From the NCBI GenBank assembly GCA_963663225.1, contig OY760142.1:1952001-2016000 (forward strand): a stretch of 64,000 nucleotides of DNA, written 5' to 3'. Below the pieces are notes generated by a model, which was not told the DNA's origin, ran no database searches, and saw only the letters and a program-made list of their open reading frames with translations. The DNA comes from Nitrospirota bacterium. Its GTDB lineage: Bacteria > Nitrospirota > UBA9217. Position numbers and translations under genes: made by a program. Of this stretch, positions 58,072 through 64,000 are shown one piece after another (position 1 is the first letter of the stretch; each line of letters opens with the position of its first letter).

Positions 58072-59037
58072 ATGTTTCGTTTAACAGCTCGACAGATTGT
58101 GCCAGGAGTCATTATTCTCCTATTACTGCTAGCCTTTCCGCTGGTTGTCCAGGCGACATTTCCGATACATGTCATGATCCTCGTGTTCCTGTTCGGCATG
58201 CTCGGAATCGGCTGGAATATCATGGGCGGCTATGCAGGGATGTTTTCATTCGGGCAGGCGGCTTTTTTTGGAATAGGAGCCTATACTTCGTCCTTCCTCT
58301 CAATGACCTTCGGGGTTAATCCCTGGATAGGGCTCGTAGTCGGCGGAGTGGTTGCTGCACTGGTTGCTGCGGCAATCGGATATCCCTGCTCCAACCTTCG
58401 CGGCCACTATTTTGCTATCGCGACTATTGCCTTTGCTGAAATTGTAAGGGTTGTATTCAATAACTGGAAACTGGTAGGCGCCGCAGAAGGGCTATCCCTG
58501 CCTATGGTGGATGAGTCTCTTACCAACTTTATGTTCCACACTTCGAAGCTTCCTTACTATTATATTGCACTGGCTTTTCTCATTATCTCACTGATCGTTT
58601 GCTATTTTGTCGCCACCTCAAAAATGGGCTACTATTTCCGGGCTATCAAGGAAAGCCATGATGTCGCGGAGGTCCTGGGTGTGGATGTCGTCCGCTACCG
58701 GTTGATCGCTATCATGATAAGCGCATTTCTGAGTGCGGTAGCGGGAACGTTTTACGCACAATACATACTTTACATCGATCCCGAGAGCGTCATGCTTATG
58801 GCAATATCGGTGCAGATCGTTTTGATTACCATGCTCGGCGGCGCGGGCAGCATTATGGGGCCGGTGATTGGCGCGGCTGTCTTGATCCCCATCGCAGAAT
58901 ATACGCGTACCATGCTCGGCCATAAAGGGACCGGCGTGGATATGCTGATATACGGTTTTCTCATCATGCTCATTTCGATGTACCAACCCGCGGGAGTCTG
59001 GGGTTTTCTTTCTAGGATAGGCAGGAAAACAAAATGA
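58072..59037 (+). CDS. livM: Branched-chain amino acid-type ABC permease
   Basis: GYAGMFSFGQAAFFGIGAY, LRGHYFAIAT, GGAGSIMGP. Confidence 0.9.
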   Translation: MFRLTARQIVPGVIILLLLLAFPLVVQATFPIHVMILVFLFGMLGIGWNIMGGYAGMFSFGQAAFFGIGAYTSSFLSMTFGVNPWIGLVVGGVVAALVAAAIGYPCSNLRGHYFAIATIAFAEIVRVVFNNWKLVGAAEGLSLPMVDESLTNFMFHTSKLPYYYIALAFLIISLIVCYFVATSKMGYYFRAIKESHDVAEVLGVDVVRYRLIAIMISAFLSAVAGTFYAQYILYIDPESVMLMAISVQIVLITMLGGAGSIMGPVIGAAVLIPIAEYTRTMLGHKGTGVDMLIYGFLIMLISMYQPAGVWGFLSRIGRKTK

Positions 59038-59774
59038 ACAAAGCGCTATGCTTAGACGTCAAAGGGCTGTCGATGTGGTTCGGCGGCCTTGCGGCCAACA
59101 ACGATGTAAGCTTCTCCGTGGCCGAAGGAGAAATTGTCAGCATCATCGGACCGAACGGCGCGGGCAAATCCACGCTGTTTAACTGCGTCACCGGATTTTA
59201 CAAACCGACCAGCGGTAGTGTAACGTTTTACGGCAAGGAAATCAGCCGCATGGGGGCCGATAAAATCTGTAAACTGGGAATAGCGCGCACCTTCCAGATT
59301 GTACAGGTAATCAGCGATATGACCGTCCTTGAAAACGTAACAACAGGAGCATTGTTACGCTATAACCGGGTCAAACCGGCCAGGGAAAAGGCAGAAGAAA
59401 TTCTCGCTTTTACGGGATTGCTTGAGAAAAAAGACTATCTGGCACCATCACTTACCATCGCGGATAAGAAGCGGCTTGAGGTCTCCATGGCATTGGCCAC
59501 CCAACCGCGACTGCTGATGCTTGATGAATCCATGGCAGGCCTCACCAAGGTAGAGCTGAACCAGATCATCGATCTGATCAAAAAAGTGCGTGACAGCGGG
59601 GTGACGCTGGTTGTTGTGGAACACGTGATGGAAGCCGTAATGAAAATATCAGACCGAGTCGTCGTTCTGAATTCCGGCAAAAAGATCATGGAAGGAGCAC
59701 CGAAGGAAGTGGTCTCCAATCCTGAAGTTATTCAAGCTTATTTAGGGGAAAAATACCGTGCTGTCTCTCAATAA
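59034..59774 (+). CDS. livG: ABC transporter ATP-binding protein
   Basis: FGGLAA, GPNGAGKST, GIARTFQ, MLDE, VIQAYLG. Confidence 0.9.
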   Translation: MNKALCLDVKGLSMWFGGLAANNDVSFSVAEGEIVSIIGPNGAGKSTLFNCVTGFYKPTSGSVTFYGKEISRMGADKICKLGIARTFQIVQVISDMTVLENVTTGALLRYNRVKPAREKAEEILAFTGLLEKKDYLAPSLTIADKKRLEVSMALATQPRLLMLDESMAGLTKVELNQIIDLIKKVRDSGVTLVVVEHVMEAVMKISDRVVVLNSGKKIMEGAPKEVVSNPEVIQAYLGEKYRAVSQ

Positions 59775-60462
59775 TATATCCGTTGGTTATAAGGGTCTCC
59801 TGGCTGTCCAGGATGCCTCATTTAAGATCAATGACGGGGAGATCGTGAGCCTTATCGGTTCAAACGGTGCCGGGAAATCGACCATCGTTAAGGCCATCTC
59901 CGGTCTTTTGCATCCTCAAAAGGGTGAAATTACTTTCAAAAACATACCGATTCACAAGACGGCTCCCTTCGATATCGTAAAGCTGGGCATTTCCATGATT
60001 CCCGAAGGGAGAAGGCTCTTTGGAAGATTGTCCGTGCTGGATAATCTCTTGATGGGTGCGTACGCGATTTCATCCAAGTCGGAAATTGAAAAAAACCTGC
60101 AGACGGTCTTCGAGTTATTTCCCATTCTGAAGGAAAGACAAGCGCAACGCTCCCAAACCTTCAGCGGCGGTGAGCAGCAGCAGCTTGCCATCGGACGGGG
60201 TCTTATGTCCAACCCGTCGCTGCTTGTGCTGGATGAGCCTTCTCTGGGACTCAGCCCAAAACTGGTTTCGGAAATATTCCGGATTGTCAAGGAAATCAAT
60301 GCCCGGGGTGTCACGATCCTGCTCGTCGAGCAGAATGTTTTCGAAGCTCTGGAGATTTCCCACCGCGCCTATGTTCTCCAAACAGGACACATTGTGATGG
60401 AAGGAAAAAGCCAGGAACTCCTGCAAAGCGATCTCGTGCGGCAGGCCTATCTTGGCATGTAG
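59758..60462 (+). CDS. livF: ABC transporter ATP-binding protein
   Basis: GSNGAGKST, PEGRRLF, SGGEQQ, DEPSLGL, VEQN. Confidence 0.9.
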   Translation: MLSLNNISVGYKGLLAVQDASFKINDGEIVSLIGSNGAGKSTIVKAISGLLHPQKGEITFKNIPIHKTAPFDIVKLGISMIPEGRRLFGRLSVLDNLLMGAYAISSKSEIEKNLQTVFELFPILKERQAQRSQTFSGGEQQQLAIGRGLMSNPSLLVLDEPSLGLSPKLVSEIFRIVKEINARGVTILLVEQNVFEALEISHRAYVLQTGHIVMEGKSQELLQSDLVRQAYLGM

Positions 60463-60487
60463 TCCGTTCTGATTGAGTGAATCAGGT

Positions 60488-61774
60488 ATGAATTTCATCA
60501 TGAAATATGGGAAAACAGGATTGTCTCTTGATCTTCCTGATACTCTAGAGCCGACTGTTATCCAGAAGCAAGTAATGCCTGTTTTGCAAGACCCCGAGAA
60601 TGCCGTCCTGTCCGCTTTTGCAAATCCCGTACAATGCAAGACACTCCGCGAGGAGGCAGCAGGCTCCCGCAGCGCCTGTATTTTAATCTGCGATATTACG
60701 CGGCCGGTGCCGAACAAACACATTCTTCCTCCCCTGGTAAAAGAGCTGATTGCGGCGGGGATGAACCCCCAGTCGATCTCGATCCTTGTTGCAACGGGCC
60801 TTCATCGGCCGAGCGAAGGCGATGAACTTCGTGAACTGGTGGGAAGCGACTGGGTCATGAATACCGTCTCTGTCGCGAACCACTACGCCCGCAATAGTGA
60901 GGACCACGAATATATCGGAACGACCACGACCGGCATCGAAACAAGGCTCGACCGCCGGTTTCTGAAAGCAGAACTTCGCATTGTCATCGGGCTTGTGGAA
61001 CCGCATTTCATGGCAGGATATTCCGGAGGAAGAAAGATCGTGGCCCCCGGCGTTGCTTATGAAAAGACGATCCGGTCCTTTCACTGCGCAAAGATTCTTG
61101 AGGATTCCAAATCCGCAAGCTGTGTCTTAGAGGGAAATCCGCTGCACGAGACGCAGATGGAAATTGTGCGGATGGTAGGAAAGTGTTTCGCCATCAATAC
61201 CGTCATTGACGAAGACAAAAAAATGTCTTTTGTGAACTTTGGAGAGATCGAACAAAGTCATCTAGAGGCCGTATCTTTTGTACGACCGTATGCAATTATT
61301 CCGGTCCATCGCAGGTTTAAGACAGTTTTGACCAGCTCTGCAGGCTATCCCCTCGATAAAACATACTATCAGACAGTCAAAGGAATGGTGGGCCCCGTTG
61401 ATATTCTGGAGCCCGGCGGAGATATTATCATTGTTTCCGCATGTTCAGAAGGCGTCGGATCGCCTGAATACGCAGAGGCCCAGTTGTGTCTTGTGAATCA
61501 GGGACCAGACAAATTTCTTGATGAAATTTTGGAGAAACGGTACGCAGCGGTTGATGAATGGCAGACGGAAATGCAGGTCAAGGCCATGAAGAGGGCAAAT
61601 ATTTATTTGTATACCGAGGGGTTAACAAAGGAAGAACGGTCCATTACCGGGGTTTCCCTGATTCCGTCTCCGGTGGCCGCGATCATGGATAGTGTTGCGC
61701 GCCATCGTGATAACCGTATAGCCGTAATTCCCGAAGGACCGTACGTGGTTCCTATGTTTATACCATCTCCATAA
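60488..61774 (+). CDS. larA: Nickel-pincer-dependent lactate racemase LarA family (alpha-hydroxy acid racemase/epimerase)
   Basis: DITRP, ATGLHR, EPHFMAGYSGGRK, FH and YQTVKG catalytic/cofactor motifs. Confidence 0.9.
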   Translation: MNFIMKYGKTGLSLDLPDTLEPTVIQKQVMPVLQDPENAVLSAFANPVQCKTLREEAAGSRSACILICDITRPVPNKHILPPLVKELIAAGMNPQSISILVATGLHRPSEGDELRELVGSDWVMNTVSVANHYARNSEDHEYIGTTTTGIETRLDRRFLKAELRIVIGLVEPHFMAGYSGGRKIVAPGVAYEKTIRSFHCAKILEDSKSASCVLEGNPLHETQMEIVRMVGKCFAINTVIDEDKKMSFVNFGEIEQSHLEAVSFVRPYAIIPVHRRFKTVLTSSAGYPLDKTYYQTVKGMVGPVDILEPGGDIIIVSACSEGVGSPEYAEAQLCLVNQGPDKFLDEILEKRYAAVDEWQTEMQVKAMKRANIYLYTEGLTKEERSITGVSLIPSPVAAIMDSVARHRDNRIAVIPEGPYVVPMFIPSP

Positions 61775-62062
61775 ACTGCATACTCTCTTCAGATGCAGTT
61801 GTTTTCCCCGCGATGCTGCCTGTCTCAATACTCGGCGCCTTTCCTTTCTTTCAGAACATCTTTTTCAATATCCCATGATGACATTTTTGTTAAAACGATG
61901 TTTGTATACTGCTGTTTAGATAGAAAAAATAGTTTTTTCGCGCTGTAATGCAATGCAGTATTGTGCAATTTTTTGTTGCTAGAGGCCATAATTTTGTGTA
62001 ATATATAAGACTAACTTTTTTATTACAAAAACACACGAATCTCAGGAAAGTATAATCTGGTA

Positions 62063-63211
62063 ATGAAGGTAGCACAGAATATATGGAAGAGCGGTAATAG
62101 CCTTATGTCCTCTGCAGACGGCCCCCTCAATACGTCTGCCCAACTTGCTCTTGTTTTTGGGTCAAAACCCGTTTTAGAAGAACGGTTCTTCTATCAGAAG
62201 ATGCGAAGCCTCTATCCGAACGCTCACATTTTAGGGTGTTCAACCGCAGGAGAAATACAGGGAACGCAGGTATATGATGATTCAGTGGTAGCAACTGCGA
62301 TAACCTTTGAAGCCACGCGGATTGAAAGAGCGCGGATTACTCTGAAAGAAGTAGAAAATGCATTTCAAGCCGGAGAAAGACTTTCTCACGCACTAGCAAA
62401 AGACGGACTGGTTCATCTATTCGTTTTATCGGATGGATTGAACATAAACGGCAGTGATCTTGTCCGGGGTCTTACGCAGCACCTCCCAAAAGATATAACC
62501 GTTACCGGAGGACTGGCCGGCGACGGCGACCGCTTCAAGAAAACACTCGTATTCTGTGATGGAGATCCGGAAACAGGAACAATTGCCGCCATCGGACTGT
62601 ACGGAAGCAATCTGCAGGTCGGGTACAGTTCCCGGGGAGGTTGGGACCCTTTTGGACCTGAGCGGCTGATTACCCGCTCGCAGGGAAATATTTTGTATGA
62701 ACTGGACGGCCGGTCCGCGCTCGAACTTTACAAAAAATATCTTGGGGAACATGCGAAAGGGCTTCCGGGATCAGCTCTTCTTTTCCCCCTTAGCCTTCGT
62801 ACGCCGGGAAGCAGAGAAACCGGGGTTGTCAGGACTGTACTTTCCATAAATGAAGAAGACCAGAGCATGATTTTCCCTGGTGACGTCCCGGAAGGGGCCT
62901 ATGCGCGTTTTATGAAGGCGAATTTCGACCGGCTGATAGACGGCTCTATCAATGCGGCCAAAAGCTGCTACGGTGCCGTGGGATCTGCACCGCCGGATCT
63001 TGCGATACTCATCAGCTGCTTCGGCAGAAAGATGATCTTAAAACAAAGGACAGAAGAAGAAGTGGAAGGTGTGCGGGATGTTTTTGGGGACAATACGGTG
63101 CTTACGGGTTTTTATTCCTATGGCGAAATCTCACCATTCACTTCAAGCGGGAGTTGTGAATTGCATAATCAGACCATGACGATTACAACGTTTACGGAGC
63201 GCGGATCATGA
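62063..63211 (+). CDS. FIST signal transduction protein
   Basis: GCSTAGEI, SDGL..NG, GGLAGDG, ELDG, SC.GR, GFYSYGE, LHNQT. Confidence 0.93.
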   Translation: MKVAQNIWKSGNSLMSSADGPLNTSAQLALVFGSKPVLEERFFYQKMRSLYPNAHILGCSTAGEIQGTQVYDDSVVATAITFEATRIERARITLKEVENAFQAGERLSHALAKDGLVHLFVLSDGLNINGSDLVRGLTQHLPKDITVTGGLAGDGDRFKKTLVFCDGDPETGTIAAIGLYGSNLQVGYSSRGGWDPFGPERLITRSQGNILYELDGRSALELYKKYLGEHAKGLPGSALLFPLSLRTPGSRETGVVRTVLSINEEDQSMIFPGDVPEGAYARFMKANFDRLIDGSINAAKSCYGAVGSAPPDLAILISCFGRKMILKQRTEEEVEGVRDVFGDNTVLTGFYSYGEISPFTSSGSCELHNQTMTITTFTERGS

Positions 63212-64000
63212 ATCAGATGCACAGTCTCCTGAAACGACAGCTCAAAAAATTTTTCAATAGTACGTACCCTGTTCCACAGGAGTGGGAGCCGTTTATTAAT
63301 GCAATCAACAATGCCTATCGGGAATTCGATGAAGACCGTGCACTCCTTGAACGTGCCCTCGAACTCAGTTCTCAGGAGCTGATCGAGGCCAATTCCGAAA
63401 TGCGGGCCATTTTTGAAGCTCTTCCTGATCTGCTTTTCAGATTTGATCACGATGGAAGAGTTATTGATTACAAAGCGGGGAGAGTAAATGATTTATACTT
63501 CTATCCTGAAAAACTAATCGGAAAGCGTATTCAGGATGTTCCTCCTGCGCATGTCGGAAGCAAGTTCCTGGAGTGCATCCGGAAAGTTCAGGATACAAAA
63601 GCAATACAAAGCTTTGAATATTCATTGCCGATACAGGACCGGGAATGTTTTTATGAGGCAAGGCTTCTGCCTCTCATTGAGGACCAGATCATTGCCATCG
63701 TACGGAACATTACCGCCAGAAAAAAAGCGGAACTGGCCCTGAGACAAAGCGAGGAGGAATACAGAACGCTTGTTGAGAATATCAACGCGGGCATATACAG
63801 GAGCAGTCCGGATGTATACGGACATTTTATACAAGTAAATAACGCCATGGTAAAAATTTTTGGCGCTGCTTTTGCAGAAGATTTGATAGGGTGCTGTGTT
63901 CTTGATTTTTATAAAGACAAAGAGGCACGAAATGCTTTCCTGCAGGAAATAGATCAAAAAGGCTTTGTAAAAGACAAGGAATTGTACCTGCGGAAACAAG
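63208..64000 (+). CDS. PAS-domain sensor protein (3'-partial; output domain lies outside the window)
   Basis: Open frame from ATG 63208 (MNQMHSLLKRQLKKFF...LLERALELSSQEL) through PAS repeats (RNITARKKAE, YRTLVE) to the window end. Overlaps the FIST stop by ATGA. Confidence 0.85.
   Translation, partial: MNQMHSLLKRQLKKFFNSTYPVPQEWEPFINAINNAYREFDEDRALLERALELSSQELIEANSEMRAIFEALPDLLFRFDHDGRVIDYKAGRVNDLYFYPEKLIGKRIQDVPPAHVGSKFLECIRKVQDTKAIQSFEYSLPIQDRECFYEARLLPLIEDQIIAIVRNITARKKAELALRQSEEEYRTLVENINAGIYRSSPDVYGHFIQVNNAMVKIFGAAFAEDLIGCCVLDFYKDKEARNAFLQEIDQKGFVKDKELYLRKQ

Noticed and set aside
1-64000. rRNA, tRNA (including tRNA-Sec), tmRNA, CRISPR array, IS/transposase, integrase or prophage genes
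   Set aside because: I saw no cloverleaf/T-loop signatures, regularly spaced repeats or mobile-element protein motifs by eye. A computational scan could still find degenerate cases.

Overview
Bacterial chromosomal window. Gene content suggests an anaerobic Gram-negative organism, plausibly Nitrospirota or deltaproteobacterial-like (inference only). The housekeeping backbone is: a partial moeA-PBP fusion, tolQRAB, the pheA-hisC-aroF-tyrA-aroA-cmk-ispH-rpsA-sppA-ihfB run, a DinG-family helicase, amidase-GerMN-murI, folC-lptD-cutA, an M23 peptidase, csp, secA, a liv-type ABC transporter followed by larA, and a FIST-PAS pair at the right edge. Two accessory regions stand out. (1) 11.8-20.1 kb holds a hexaheme cytochrome c, an AraC regulator, an unknown Cys/His-rich protein, a tandemly duplicated pair of [small secreted protein + Tat-exported metallo-beta-lactamase-fold hydrolase], and an unclassified internally repetitive membrane protein. 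(2) 47.6-55.4 kb holds two genes that the ORF track splits at an in-frame TGA and that look like selenoproteins: a CxxU/HExxH/CxxC protein of unknown function and a PrdB/GrdB-like UxxC protein. Each TGA is followed by a SECIS-like hairpin. The region also has an 8-Cys peptide, an ArsR + 4Fe-4S pair and a SPASM-domain remnant. I saw no rRNA, tRNA, CRISPR array or transposase. All calls come from reading motifs by eye; no searches were run.
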